NCBI GenBank assembly: GCA_016748015.1
Contig: JAAOMT010000057.1
Coordinates: 452,763 to 516,762 of the forward strand
DNA length: 64,000 nt
DNA from: Geosiphon pyriformis uo1
Taxonomy: Eukaryota; Fungi; Glomeromycota
Direction of reading: 5' to 3'
Shown: piece by piece, positions 27,865-43,155 of the stretch
Position numbering within the stretch: the stretch's first letter is position 1
How the letters are laid out: every line of letters begins with the position of its first letter
The notes under the pieces: generated by a model
Told to the model about the DNA's origin: nothing
Database searches by the model: none
Seen by the model: the letters and a program-made list of their open reading frames with translations, nothing else
Program-made: the position numbers and the translations under genes

Positions 27865-28721
27865 GTTGGGTCTTTATTTTTTTTAGGGAAAGGTTTTAAA
27901 GAAGCCACAAACAAAGTCCTGGTCGGTTAATAAGACGATGAAGCAAATTGGTCAAAATTTTATATTTGTAAAGGTGGCTTTCCCTAAGAGACAAAGGTTG
28001 TGGGAGATAGATAGGTTAGAAAGGGAAAGGGTTAAATATTGAATAAAGGAAGGGACAGCAAGAGATAGAAAGGATAAGGACTTTGTGGTAAAGAGAAAAA
28101 AAAGGGAAAGGGAAAGGCCACACCTGTTAGTAAAACTCACCAGTCGTTTACCGAGTTTGAGAGATGCAAAAATGAGGGGACAAAGTAACATTGAAAGAAT
28201 AGGGTGTTGCCTAGGTGTCTTGTTACCATAAACAGAAAAGCAACGAAATTCTAGTACAACCGAAAGAGTTTGGCCCAATTGGATATTTAGATATTTTACC
28301 GTCCGATATCTCTAACGTAAAGAGCAAATAAAAGAAAAAATAACTGCATAACTATTCATGCAGAAAGTGAATCCCCAGCAATTTGTATTATTTTAGTCTT
28401 TCACATATCTTTAATAGCCTTGGCCAAAAAATACCTCACTTTTTGAAACTCTAAGTTTGCAGTCGAAAAGAATTTCCAATTCACATGGCAAAAGATCGAC
28501 ATTAGAAGAGTTATCTATGTCCGACACCCTTCGTGAAAATGGAAGATTCCATGAGAATATTTCGGCCTAAATTTTTTTGAGTAATTATATCTCTAACTCC
28601 GAAATTATCTTAATGAGCCATGATAGGGATTGTCCACCAATTTTTACTAACAAGAGAGATTCCAAAGAGGATTCTTTAAAATGTATCCATCAAAAAAGTT
28701 GCTATAAATTTTCTTTTTTAA

Positions 28722-28974
<253 letters not shown>

Positions 28975-31019
28975 GTCTTTTAAATTTTCAAATATCATAT
29001 TATTATAATTTCATGTTCAAAAATGCTTGTGTAATGTGATGCTGGTGATCAATAATACATTACGGAATCTTAATTTCTTCAAAGATAACAGATACGCATT
29101 TACATATAAAAAAACTGCAGCAAAAGAGAGAGAGATTCCGGTTTATTGAAACAAATACATAACAAGGAAATCTACATAATATTTTATATTTAATTGTAGT
29201 AATATATTAATATTGAAATTTTGTTCCCAAGCTTTTTCGTAATTTTTTTTATTGTCTTGGTAAAGAAATTAAAATTTTAAAATTATTTTAACAATGTGAG
29301 TTTAGAAAATTTTTCAGTATTTAAGGAGCGGTGTTAGGGTTAGGTAAATTGTTTGTTTTATTGTAAACAATTCATTTAAACCTTAGATAACAGGGTTTGC
29401 GTCTAAAAAATTGAAAATTATTGTTTTATCAGTTGAGTTAAACAAAAATTGTGTTTCACAGACTGGTCTGTGAAAAAGACGAGACCTATCAAGACTTTGT
29501 ACAATTTTATTATTAGAAATTTTTAAACTTCTTTATCTGTATTCAAAAATTAAAAATTAACAATTAATAAATAGAATTGTGGAATTTATACTTATACTTG
29601 AAATGAATCATATTTTTTTGCTTTTAATGTTTTATTAAAAAAACTTATTACTTGAGAAATATGCTAGTATTGGGAAATTTTGTGATTTTTCAAATTTTTA
29701 TATACATGAGAAAAATATTCAAATAATATCTTTCAAGCTAATTTTTAATAATGTATTGTTATAAAATTGAACACAACTTTTTTCTATCTTTTAATAAAAA
29801 ATCAGATTTTAATTAAAACTTTAAAGATTAAAAAAAAAATTTTAATAAATTAATTATTATGTGTTTCAAATATTAAAATAATAACAATTTTTAAAAATTG
29901 TTTTACTTAAAACCTAATTTTTTATAAACAAATTCTTATATCAATTGACAATTACTTAATTGATAACATTATTATAATCTAATTATTATAATTTAATTGT
30001 TATTATTTAATTGTTATTATTACAAAATATTTGACTTTATTTTTTTATTTGATATTTTTTTTATTAATTAATTAATTTTTCTATTCAAGTCAATTTTTTT
30101 TATTTTGTAAAATTTAATTAACTATATATTAACAAAAATTTTCAAATTTATTTATCAATAATTTTAAAGTTTTATTAACCAAATTCAAAATAATATTGTC
30201 TAATTTAAATATTAATAAAAACAAACAAATATTTTTTAACATAAAAAAATAAAATTTAATTATTAAGCTTTATTTTTTTTTAAATCAAATTTTTATTTAT
30301 TATTATTATTATTATGTAATAATAAATGTGGTTTAATTACTATCTAAAAAAAAACTTTAAATTAAATACAGTTTATGTATTTATTATATATAATTAATTA
30401 TTTAAATTAATTAAGACTACATTAAACAAACAAAATAAAAGTATTTATACAAACAATTTTAACATATTTCAAAATCTTAAAAATAAATTAATTGGCTTTT
30501 TATATTAATATTATAAATGTTTTTTTTTAATATTTAAATTAAAACCTTTTTTAATATTTAAAATTATAAAGTTTTTATTAACAATTAAATTTTTTTTATA
30601 CTTAATTTAAAATTTAAAATTTAATAATTATATCTGATTTTTATAGTTAATTACAACAAAATACACCAGATTAATAATCTTAAACAAATTTGTTTTGAAG
30701 TTTTTTTTAAAAATATTGATTTTTTAATTTAAATCTTAAAAACCAAGTTTTTAATAATAATCATATAAACAATATTATTATTATTATTTATATTAATTTA
30801 AAACTATAATATATCTAAGTTATTTACATATTTTTTTAAAAAATTTTAAATTTTAATTATATAATTAGAAATAAATAATTTTTTTTAATATTTTTTATTA
30901 ATTTAACAAGTATAGTTCAATTATTATTTAGTATATAAAAACAAACTAAATAAGTCTAACCAAATATAATTCATGTGTTTTCTACATATAACTAGTTATT
31001 CAGGCCAATTAAGACAACA

Positions 31020-34000
31020 CTATACACTTATATATATTTTTATATTATTACAAATACCTAAAAAAAATGAACAAGTTTTATGTAAATTAAAACTAATAGT
31101 AAATAACTCAACAACACTAAACAAACAAACAACACTTACTAATAAACAATTAGACACAGCATAAAAAGCAATATAAACTATTTCTATATTACTAACTAAT
31201 CTACTTTTTTCTATATCTACTTTAAATTTTGTTCTGAACAATCACAACTTACTTTGATGTTCCTTAGCCAAATAATAAGCAAAATTAATTATCACTAATA
31301 CAGTTTTTTTTTTATTTCCAAAAACCAAAATTGTCTTATTAATTCATCTCTTAAAAATAAAACTCTTGCATAAATTTACATAAACTTCAATATTTAATAC
31401 TTTTAAAAAAAAATATGCAACATCAAAGATAATAATAGAAAACATTTATTTATTAAAGATTTCTACAAATCTACATGGCTTAGCAAAATTTTAAAACATA
31501 CTAAAGTGTTTTTTAAGCAAATAAAAATATGGTCAAGCAGTTTAATATTACTATATATCAAACATAATATCTTTAAGTAATCCTTATTATAGAGTTTTTT
31601 CTTAATAGTAATTAATAATTTCTTATGAACTGTTTTTATTAAATACATATAAAAAGTTGCTAAAACTTTGCCTATAAAATTTGACAGTATATAAAAGTTT
31701 GAATGCCAAACTGCTGTTGTATTGACCCAATCTATAAATTTAACTAATGTCTTATCAATAACTTTCACATTTAAACCAGTCTTTTATCAAGCTCTATAAA
31801 TTGTTCTGTAGATATTTTAAACAAAATAATAAGTATACTCTAATATGACTTGACTATCAGTCATAATAAACTTTTTATAAATTTTAACAAAAAGAACAAA
31901 ATCAGAAGTTGTTATATTATATGTAAAATTATTAGTCTTATTATTATTAATGTTCTCAGAATAACTTTTAACTTTAATTTACTTAACAAAAATGTTCTTA
32001 AATCTAATTAAATTAACTATGTAATGTTTTTCTATTCAGTATTTGTTTTAAAAGTTTGACAAAAGAAGTCTCAGTTCCAAAATACATGTATTTAAAACCA
32101 CTTAACTGTTTGTATACACTACTATTAAACAAGATAAAAAAATATATTCCAATATTAAAACAATTTCTTAAAGTTTTAATATTGTAGAAAATAGCATCTT
32201 ATATATCTTTACACTTATGCTCTTTTTAACATCAGAAAAATAAGTTATCATCCTACTAGCTACATTTATAATACTTAATTGCTTTAATAATTAATACATG
32301 TAAACATTAAACAGCCCAGTCTATAATTCATGCAAATAATTATAAACATCTAAAAAAGCAAATAAATAAGAAAGATTTAAGCAACCAAAGACAAAAACAG
32401 CTTTACTAAAATTTACATTACAATTTTTTATATAATTTGAAGCTTTTTTAAATTACAATAGTATTAAACTCTTAGGACTTAATTTTTTTCATTATAAAAA
32501 GTTTTTCAACTTATAATCAATTTTTATTTATCCAACAATTTGTTATTAAAAACAACACTAAAGTGCCTTAAAAAGTGGACCACATTATAATAAAAGAAGT
32601 TTCTCAAAATTTTTAATATCAAAAATTACTTAAACTATAAAAAGCATTAGACAAACTATTGGTTAAAAAAATTTTGTTATTCAAAAATATTTTTACAACA
32701 TCTGCCAAAAAGTTATTCACAGAACTAACTTTTAACTTAGTAAAAATTGCAAAAAATTTTTTAGAACTTACTCCAAAACTTGCAAGTCCAAAAAATAAGA
32801 TTTAAACAGTTGTTCAAGAATTTTAAATATATTAGCAAACATAACAAAAAAACAATTTTGCTTTTTATCTGAATTTATTCAAAGATTTTCAATCTATAAA
32901 ATAATAAGTGATACAAAGTTTTATTAAAAAAGTCTCTTGATAGATTGGCCTTGAACTTTAATTTCTTTTTTAGCATAATATCTTATTTTTGATACATATT
33001 TTTAAATATAAAACTAAACTGTATTTGGTAGCAAACAATAAGCTGTAAAACTACTAAAACCAGATATAAAAATTGCTTATCTGATACTGTTTTCTAAGTA
33101 CCAGATTAAAAAAAAACTTGACATCAAAATGTGCTTTGACAAGACTAGGCTTAAACATACTTTTTGTCAATAAAAATATCTCTAAATATCTGTAAAACTT
33201 ACTATGTCTAACTATAGATATTAGCTGACCATAAATGTTTAAAGAAGTATTTACAAATTTTTAATTAATAATAATTGTTACAGTTTTGTTATTGTTGATA
33301 GAAATATTATTAATTATAAAAAACTTACTAATTATATTCAAAATATATTATATAAATGTTTGGTTATTTTCTATCCAAATTGTATTATTGACAAATACAT
33401 CTGCTACAAAAAAAAAAATTTACTTCTATTTATTTTCATTCTGTCTGTCTTTATCACAAAATTAATATTGATTCTGTATTTACACAAATGTTCTTGTCTT
33501 TTAATATTATACAGCAGAAAATCATAAAAAATCTTCTACAAGAGTAGTAAAAATATTTTATTCTAATCAAACTCATCTTGTATTTTGTTGTCATCTAAAA
33601 AGCCAAAATTTGTTATTATTTTATTAAATTTGTTCTTGTGTATATTGCCAAAAAACTTAATAAATTTGTCATATATCTTGATATATCTCAAACTAGCTTT
33701 TAAATAATGTTATCAAACCAAATCATAAGCTTTATAGAACCAATCAAATTTCACAGTTTTTTTTCAAAGTATTTTCTATAACTAAATTAATAGCAAATAC
33801 AAAAAATTAAGTTAAAATATCCTTTAAAACCCAAAAATTGTCACTTTAAAGAACATTACTCTAATACAAACTAATAAAATCCAGTCTAATAAAATCTTTA
33901 ACAAAATTTTTTTTGCTGTTTCAATCAGTACAATAAGACATGTATTTATTAAAATATTATTTCAATCATAAGATTTAGAAATTATTAAGACTCAAGCTTT

Positions 34001-34956
34001 TTTTTAAAAAACAGAAACTTTACTAAAAGCCAGCCAAAAATTTAGCAAACCCAAAAAGTATTTTAATATTTTATTGTTACAATGTTTTCAAAGCTTATTT
34101 AATATATTAAATAGACTAATAGCTTTGTTATCTAGCAAGTCATTGATTACCAAAATTAATTTATGTATATTAATTATATTTATTATATTAACAAAAGCAT
34201 TATCTTTTATATAGCTTAATAGTATATATTAGTAAGACTATATAGTATTTAGCATTAAAAACACCTTTTATTTTTTTGTCCAATCTACTATAATTTCATC
34301 AACTTTAAGCTTCACTTTATTTAACTTTAAAACCAGCTTTTTTCTAATTACCAAATAATTCAAAACTACTTTGTAAAAAGACTATTCTAAAATACTTCTT
34401 ATTATGTTTTTCTTGTTAAAACTGAAATTTTTTATCCATTTCTTAATTACTTTTTTAATAACCATATTTTTAGCTATCTTTGATTTATAATATTTGGATT
34501 TTCTATACAATTTTTTAATTATTAACAAATGTTTAGCAATATTATTTGAATTTACACCATTTTTAAATCAAAACTTCAATTTTGAAGACTTTCTTATTAT
34601 CAATTATCAGCCATTTTTTAAAAAAACAGTCATACTCAATTTTATTATCTAAATTCTGCTTCTTAACAAACTTGGCAACCAGCAGTTTTAGTTTAAGAAA
34701 TTTTGAAGATTGTTTATTTCTTGATTAATCAAACTCATTAAATTAATGTTTAAAAAAAACTACATCTGTTAAATCTATTATTACCTTTCTTAATACTTCT
34801 TATATAGCATTCAAATTACTCAGAACTTTAATTTTTATAAATTTGTTTATTATTTTAGAAAATTTATCAAAAACACACTTTTTAAAATGAATTCATTTGA
34901 CATTATTAGCATCCTTAATTCTAAATTTCCAATGGTTTTAGTTAGCATGTTTCTGA
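31020..34956 (-). mobile_element. Decayed non-LTR (LINE) ORF2 with RT and RNase H; 5' part cut off by an LTR insertion
   Basis: The RT catalytic motif reads FVNNTIW (from FVDD; 33384-33395). Thumb region YRYLEIFL..KPSLVKAHFDV (~33120-33200). RNase H-like remnants FNVYMY..FSTILKL*EIVLILE..YTNS*VVL (~32090-32310). ORF end at 31020. Confidence 0.8.
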
Positions 34957-35951
34957 TATTATGAGTAAACTTAAGAATATATAATAATAACATTTAGTGT
35001 TCAAAATTTGGGTTTTTAGGGAGCTTTTAAAGATTTTCTGTTAGTAAGCTTGTTTAGTATATCAGTGTTATCAGTCTTTAAAGGTTTTTTTGATTGATGT
35101 GAATTTATCTATAGAGTTCTTTGATTATAAAGCACAGAGAGATGGTTTTATGATATTACAACTTCATATATGTAAACTATCTTTTTTGAGCTAGTCAAAT
35201 ACAGTTGCTAGAGTTTGACAGTGTTTTTTTGCTCATCTAATAAACTAATAAGATAATATTAATATCCAATTCTAAGAAAAGCTTCTTTCTTTTATCAGGC
35301 TATTATAAAGTCTATTCTCAGACAGTCAATTTTTCTATATTGTCATTCCACAAGAGAAAAAAAAAGAAAAAAAAAGAAATTAGTATTGTCAATTGTTATA
35401 ATCAAAAGCAATTAGTTCAAGTCATACAAGTTCAAGACAGTTTTATGCTAAGAGTATTTGGCTGAGAATAAAGATAAAAACAAGATTAATTTAGCTAAAA
35501 TACATGAGTATAAAAATTATATAGATATGAATTTTGGTTTTTTTAATATTTTTTTTATTTTAGTAATATAAAATATAGGATATAACAAGGGATATGTAAC
35601 AAATATAGGTAAAAGGAAGTTGATTTTTGTCTATCTGCTTGTCTTTTTATCTTTTATAATTACTTTTTTTTATACTTTTTTTTAGTTTTATAAGATTGCT
35701 TTTAATTGTTTTATTATTGCTAATTATTGTTTGCTATTTTTGTTATTGCTTTATTTTTCTATATTATTACTAGTTATCCTAAGTTTGACTAGTTTTTTTG
35801 TATTATATTATGTTTTCATGTTTTGTATTATATTATTTCGAGTTATTATACATTATTCTGTGTTTTTTTGTGTTATTCTGTATTATTTTATGTTATTATA
35901 TTTTGATTACATTTTTTTATAACTTGAATTGGTTTTTCTACTTAGATAACA
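34957..35951 (-). repeat. 3' LTR of element B (family 2), preceded on the minus strand by a PPT
   Basis: Homologous to 2378-3422. The adjacent 35952-35963 reads AAAAAAGAAAAA on the minus strand. Confidence 0.8.
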
Positions 35952-36126
35952 TTTTTCTTTTTTAAAATTGAGCTTTTGTAAAATTGTATGCATCTGTAAA
36001 ATCTTCATTTTCTGTATAATGTTTGATTATTGCTTTAATTATTGTCTTTTTTAAGTCTTTAAATTCTGCATTCATTATTTGTTTTATGTTATTGACTGTA
36101 ATAGTCTCTAAAAAGCTGTTTAGCAG

Positions 36127-36941
36127 TATTACTTATAGAAAATAAAAATCATAGTAGTATATATTAGCTAATCAGAAGTAGACATAGTAAAATGAGAAAT
36201 TCCAAGATTTTTCTCAAAGAAATTACAGGATTTCAGATATTACAAGATTCTCATACAAGAAATTACAGGATTCCAGAATTACAGAATTCCAGGAATTCCA
36301 GAATTTCTGGTGGAAAAAATAGAGAAATTGAAGAATTTTAAATATGTATATATAGCAATAGCATTAGTAGTAAAAAAGACAAACCTCTCAGTTTAAATTT
36401 TATTTAAGAAATTTTTTAATTCACAAATATCAATAAATAATTATTTGTCATCTTAATCTACTCTCCACTATCAATATTTTATGTTAATAATAACTGATAC
36501 TTAACCACACTAGAACAATAATTCTTGATTATGACTATTGATAAAATACTAATATTCATTGCTTTGGCTTATTTCTTTCTTTTATTTTATTTTATTTTAT
36601 TTTATTTTATTTTATTTTGTTATTTCTTGTTGTTGACTAATTGATTAAAGATTAAAGTACTGAGTTATTGACATCAAGAATTGTCTGGTAAAAGACTTCT
36701 GCAAATAGGTAAAACATGTAAGAAATATGGATTGCTTACCAAAGGATTGCTGGCCACCAAGTCAAAAAAAGAATTGACAAAATTGCAATTCCAAGAGGCT
36801 ACTGAAACCAACCATTAAATTTTTGTCCATTATACAAAGTACTCAACCAAAACCTTCAGATATTACCAATTATATTAGTTATTAAGCACCAAGTTATGAG
36901 TTTGTTATTTGATTTGAGACTCCAAATAATTATCTGTAACA
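36127..36941 (+). mobile_element. Solo LTR (family 1, subtype with TTCCAGAA repeats) with 4-bp TSD GCAG
   Basis: T(A)TTACTTATAGAAA...ATCTGTAACA, flanked by GCAG at 36123-36126 and 36942-36945. Confidence 0.9.
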
Positions 36942-37245
36942 GCAGTATAATTAAGCAGTGTTTAAATGCTGTATATAATTAATATGCTGCTTTGTAGTAT
37001 ATTATTAAGTTGTTTTTTTCTATAAATATTTTTACTTGTTTAAAAGCTTTTTTATTGAATGTTTGTTGATTAAGGTTTTCATATAATATCCTCAATCCTA
37101 TTTGTTTACCAATTTTATAGAACTAGTAGACTAGTGAAAATTTTTCTTTTCATACTCTAGAGTTTTTGGATGTCTATTTTCTTGTTATTGGTTTTAATAT
37201 TAACCTACTTAAAGCTTTTTTTATTTCTTCGAGCTTGACCTGACA

Positions 37246-37280
<35 letters not shown>

Positions 37281-37906
37281 CTTTAATTGTTTGTAGGGAT
37301 AAAAACATTCAGTTTTAGTTGAACTTTTGTTCACTTTTTTTTTGCTTTTGTCTTTGTATTATATCTTTTTCTTATTAATTGTGATTTCTATTTAGATTGT
37401 GAATTGTTGAATTGTCTCAAATAGTTGTTTTGAGAGTTTTAGAATTTGATTTAAAAGATCTATATTAAGAGTTCTATTATTTTTCTTGCTGTTTCAGCTA
37501 TTATATATACTTAAATTTTTCAATTAAATAGTTATATGTTAATTATGTTTCAATAATGATAATTGATTCCAAATTTTGTAATATATTTTTTGGTTTGATT
37601 AATGGAATCTGTGTTTCTAATTGCAGTATGAATAACAATGTTTCTTGTTTTGTATAATAAATTTTTAACTAATTTCTATGTACTACTTTCTTTAAAATTC
37701 TGTTTTCCAATCTTAATTTGTAAGCTTTATTGTCTAAAACTTTGTGTATGCGAAATAGACCATTTTATTTCAGATTAAACTTTCTATTCTACTGTTTCTT
37801 AGTCTTTGTACAATGTAACAATATATGGTCTCTAATTTTGAATTCAATTAGTTGGTCAAATAAGCAATTATTATGTTTTTTTTTTGTTGTTTTTGAGTTT
37901 TACTAA

Positions 37907-38832
37907 TGTTATAGGTGATTATTTGGGATCTCAAATCAAATAACAAACTTATAACTTGGTGTTCAATAGCTGAATTATGTTGGTAATATTTGAAGATTGT
38001 TTGTATCTGAAAGTTTTAATTGAGTCTTTTTTATAATAAACAGAGATTTAATAATTGTTTTTAATAGCCTTCCGAAATCACAATTTCATCAATTTTTTTC
38101 TTGGCTTGGTAGCCAGCAATTCTCTGATAAGTAATCCTTAAATTCAAGTATCTACTCTTTTACAGAAGTCTTTTACCAGGCAATTCTTGATATTAATAAC
38201 TCAGCATTTAATTCTTAATCAATTAATAAACAACAAAGAAATAAAATACAAAAGAAAATTAAAGAAAATAAAATATAAGCCAAGGTAATAAAGTTAGTAT
38301 TCCATCAATAGCTGTGATCAAGAGCTATTCTTTTAGTATAGTTAAGTATTAGCAGCTATTAACATGAAGTATTGATAATTAAAGTCTGATAAATATTTAT
38401 CAATCATATAATAGCAACATGAATTGGATATAAATAAGTATTTTATTGATATTTTGATAATTTTATTTCAATAAATATGAACTATCTGGGAAGTGATTAG
38501 TGAATAAATAGGAAGGAAAGTCCAAATTAAGAGGTTTTGGTTCTGATTCTGTCTTTTTTGCTTCTAATACTCTTGCTATATATATATAATTTAGATTCTA
38601 TAAGATTGCTTATATTCTCGAGCAATATGCTATAATTTTTTAAGCAATACTTATATTGCTGAACAATGTGCCCTAATTTTCTAATATTGCTTTACATTGC
38701 TAAGCAATGTGCTGTAATTTCTAATATTGCTCCACATTGCTGAGCAATGTATTCACATGCCAATTACTACTCTCCTATTGGTCTATTTGTTTTCCTACTA
38801 TTTTCTTTTATACTTTTTCTTTATGAATAACA
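37907..38832 (-). repeat. 3' LTR of A (926 bp, 4 palindromic units)
   Basis: TG...CA termini on both strands; PPT adjacent. Confidence 0.92.
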
Positions 38833-38845
38833 TTATCTCCTTCTT

Positions 38846-39481
38846 TTAATATTGAGCTCTGTTAAAATTTTCACTTTGAATTAAGTCTAATACTTCTTTT
38901 TCTAATACTATTTGTTCAACTTTGTTTCTTATATTTTCGATTTATGCATTGTTTATTCTTCCTTATTGGTTAATGGTAATTGTCTCCATGTTGGAATGTA
39001 ACAATATTTCTGGGTAATTTTGAAATATTGTGTGTAGTTGATAGATTGTTCTAATATATAGTAATAGATTTGTCTTCTTTCTAATAATATTTTCAATATT
39101 CTGTATTATTTCTTGATTGAATATTCTTTTGGTTTTATCAAGATATAATTTTTGAATGTTCAATTTTTGTTCCAACTGATAGTAGCAGTATGGTATTAGA
39201 AGTTGTTCTGTTTATTGTTTCCAATTATCTTTTGAAAGTTTTTTTGTTGGAATCATGATGGGTATTTTCTTAAAAGTGTTTTTTACTTTCTCTACTATTT
39301 TATCTGATCTGTTTCTTGATTGTTTTTGTGGTCACTGGTATGGTGTACTTTTTCTTTTTTGTTTAGTGTTTCAATAACAGATTGTTTGGTGGTTAATGAC
39401 AATTTCTATGTTTAATTGTTGTTGACTTAAGGCCTGAAACAATTGTTGAGCTAAGATGTAAATATAATCTGGTATTTCCAT
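38846..39481 (-). pseudogene. ORF3 of element A (212 codons including stop), unknown function
   Basis: MEIPDYIYILAQQLFQAL...FNRAQY*; same 636-bp length as, and collinear with, 60401-61036. Confidence 0.75.
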
Positions 39482-42400
39482 TTTTTTTGATGTTTTTGTT
39501 GCATATACTGTGTCTTTATATATTCTTTTGGTTGTTTAATTTAACATGTTTGGTTTAATGATTATAATTGGTTTTAGATCTTATGGAATCTTATCTGGTT
39601 GAACTAGTATTTATTGTACTCCCAGTTGTGGAATATTATTGGTGAATGACAATACTATATGATAATATGGTTTCAGTTAATTATTATGTGCTGCTTTGGC
39701 TAAGATTTTGTTGTCTTATCTTAATTTATAAGCTCTATTTCCTAGAATTTTTTCTATGTGAAATGGTCCATCTTATTTGGGGTCAAATTTTCCCACTTCA
39801 TTGTTTTTCCATTTTAATACAAGTAAGAGTATTTTGTTTTCAATTCTAAATTTAACTGGTTTATCCAATAGTTGGTTATCATGTCTTTTTTTTTGTTTTT
39901 TTTGTAACTTTTGAATATTATCAGCTGCTCTTTACTATTTGTTTTTTAGTATTTCCATTAAATTATATGTTTTTCTTAACAATGTTTCTTGGAAATTGTC
40001 TTCTGTTATTGGTTTAGTTAGATATGTGCTGACTTCTATCTCTACTAATATTATTGCTGTTTTACTGTATATTAATTCAAATAGTATTGCTTGTGTAATG
40101 TCTTGCTTCATTATCTAATAAGCAAATAATACTGATAATATAAACAAATTCTATTTGTCTTAATTTTTTTGGCTAATTTTGGCAATTGCTTTACACAATG
40201 TTCTATTGAATTTTTCGACTAAGCCATTGATTTGTGGATAATATGGTAATGATAATAATTTTTTTATTCCAAATCTTTGGCTTAATTCTGCTAATGTTCT
40301 ATTCACAAAGTAAGTTCCTTGGTTAGATAATAATTTTTTTGGACATTTATGTCGATAAATCAAATTTTGATGAACAAATTCAGCAATGAATTCTGCATCT
40401 GTTTTTTGAATGGCTTTTGTTTTTGGCCACTTAGTAAGATAATCTATGACTATTGCTATATATCTGTTTCTTTTGCTAGTTATTTTTAATGATTTGACTA
40501 AGTTAATTCCAATGTGATTGAATGGTTGTTCTACTTTAATTGGTCTCAAAAACTTACTGGGTTTTGTTCTTCTTCTTCTCTGATAAGCATCACAATTTTG
40601 AACATATTAGATAATATCTGGATATATAGATGGCCAATAGTATCTTTTTCTGGTTTTTTTCATGATTGCTTCTTTATGAAAATATCCTGCTGTTAGATCT
40701 GAGTACATATTGAATAGTATTGTTTTTTTTTCTGGTTCTGTAATTACTCTGAGTGGTTGGTCTGAATTTTTTCTGTTTTTCTGATATAATATATTTTGGT
40801 AATTAATAAAATATTTGGATTGTTGTTTTATGTTGTTCTATTTCTTTGAAAATAATTTTTTCTTAAACTGCTGGGTATTAATATAGTGTTGAAGTTGTTA
40901 ATATTTTTGTGTATTTATTTTTGTTATATTTTTAGATTGAAATGTTCTTAGATTTGTCTCATTCATAACAAACTGTCAACATTTCCATTTTTTTTCTTTT
41001 TTTGTAATGTACTGTATAATTAAATGATAAAAGTTTTATTTTTCATCTAATATAGTACTTATCTTCAAATTTTTGCTTCTGGATTGAAGTCAATTTTTTA
41101 TGATTAGTGTATATGTCAAATTTCTGACTTAAGTATTTCTTTCATTTTATGACTGCCCAATAGATAGTTAAGTGTTCTAATGCTGGTGTTCCATAGTTTT
41201 TTTCAGCTGGACTTAAGCTGTGACTAACATATGCTACTGGGTGTTCTCTTCTATCTGGTTTTTTCTAAGATAGTACAGCTCTTAATACTTGACCCAATAC
41301 ATCAGTTGTGATTATGAATGGTTTGCTATAATCTGAATAGATCAGTACTGGAGCTTGAATAAGCTTTCTTTTTAATGTATTAAAAGCCTCTTGCTAGTTT
41401 TCCGTCTATTTATATTTGGTGTTTTTTGTTTGGAGCTGGTATAATGACTGAGCCAGTTTAGAAAAGTCTTTGATAAAGTGATAATAGTAACCTGCAAATC
41501 CTAAGAATGCTTGTAGTTCAGTCAAGTTGGTGAGTACTAGAAAGTTTTTAACTATCTCAATTTTGTCTGGATCCATCTTAATTTCATCTTTGCTCACAAC
41601 ATGTCTCAAAAATTTTAATTTTGTTTTGCCAAAAAAGCATTTGGTTGCATTTAACTTTAATCTGGCTCTTTTTAGTCTTTTAAATACTTGTTGGAAATGA
41701 TGTAAATGATCATCAAATGTCTTTGAAAACACGTTGGTATTATCCAAATATATGATTACTGATTTTCATAATAGTCCAATATAGACAATTTCCATAAGCT
41801 GTTAAAATATGGCTGAAGTATTTATTAAGCCAAAAAGCATAACTTTAAATTCAAAATTTTTTTCTCAGGTTGTAAAAGCTGTTTTCTCCTTATTTTCTGG
41901 TTTCATGGCTACTTGCCAGTAATTATTGTCTAAGTTTAAAGTTGAGAACCATTTTTTTCCTCCAAAAACATTGAAAAGTTCTTGGATCTTTGGAATTGGG
42001 TAGCTATCTTTTTTTGTTACTCCATTAAGTTTTTAGTAATCTACACAAAAGCAGATTTTTCTATTCTTTTTATGAACTAGTACTATTAGTAATGACCATA
42101 GACTCATTGATAATTAAATTAACCTATTGTCTAACATCTGATTGATTTTTTGTTAGATGATTTTATGGCTTGCTGGTGGTATTTGGTATGCTTTTTGTTT
42201 AATTGGCATTGTATCTCTAGTTTTGATTTAATGTTGAATTATGTTAGTTCTGCCAAATTTATTTTTACTAACAAAAATGTTATTGAAGTTGTTGAGTAAT
42301 ATCTTAAGCTGCATATATTGTAGTGAATTTAAATTTCCCAAGTTTATTTGTTCTAATTGTTCTAGTTGGAACAGATAATATTTTTCTTATTCATATATTG

Positions 42401-42779
42401 TTTGTGATGTGATATCCACATATCCACACAGTTGTAGAAAGTCTAAAATAGGGTTTGGTGGTTGTTCTTCAACTTTAGTGCTTAAATATTCAATGGTAGT
42501 TTCTGTTGGTATTTCAATGACATCTCTTATTATATTGTAGATGAAAATTTTGATATGTTTTAGACTTTTGGCTAGTATGTAAAAATTGGTAAATTCCATC
42601 TTTCCTGATTCACAAATGATAGTTTTCACTTCAAAAATTTGAGCTTGATTCTTTATTCTCTTTTCTATGACTAATATGTACTGGTTATATGATAAAATAA
42701 AAATTGATTAACAGGTGGAGATAATTTTTTCTTTGTCAATAACTTCTTTTTTTGCCATATTAACTGGTACATCTATTCT

Positions 42780-43155
42780 ACTTATGAATCCAAATTCACT
42801 AATCCCTCTACTGTAATCTCTAATTCTTCCATGTTTCTCACTAATACTAATTGAGCTATTTTAACTAGAGATAGAAATATTGTCTGTGCTATTTTTTTAT
42901 TTGGCTCTATGATATAAGTCTTTTCTAAATCATTTTGTAGTATTGCAATAATATTTTTTATATATCTTGTGTCAATTATTCTTTCTCTGATATTGATTCC
43001 TCTTTTTGCTAAACTACTTTTAGATGCTAATTAAACCATCATTGTTGCTGGAATTTCCAGTGCTACTTTGAAATCAATGCAGGTGCATGAATGTAGTTCC
43101 AATTTGATGGTTTTTTTTTCAGATATCTCAAATCAAACTTTGCATCCATATCATG
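42780..43155 (-). pseudogene. dUTPase domain of element A pol
   Basis: DAKFDLRY / LASKSSLAKRGI / IIDTRYIKNI / KIAQTIF: decayed dUTPase motifs 1-4, with a motif 5 remnant. Confidence 0.85.

Noticed and set aside
29321-29345. TTAAGG start suggesting a TTAA-targeting DNA transposon end
   Set aside because: No matching inverted end or transposase remnant was found.
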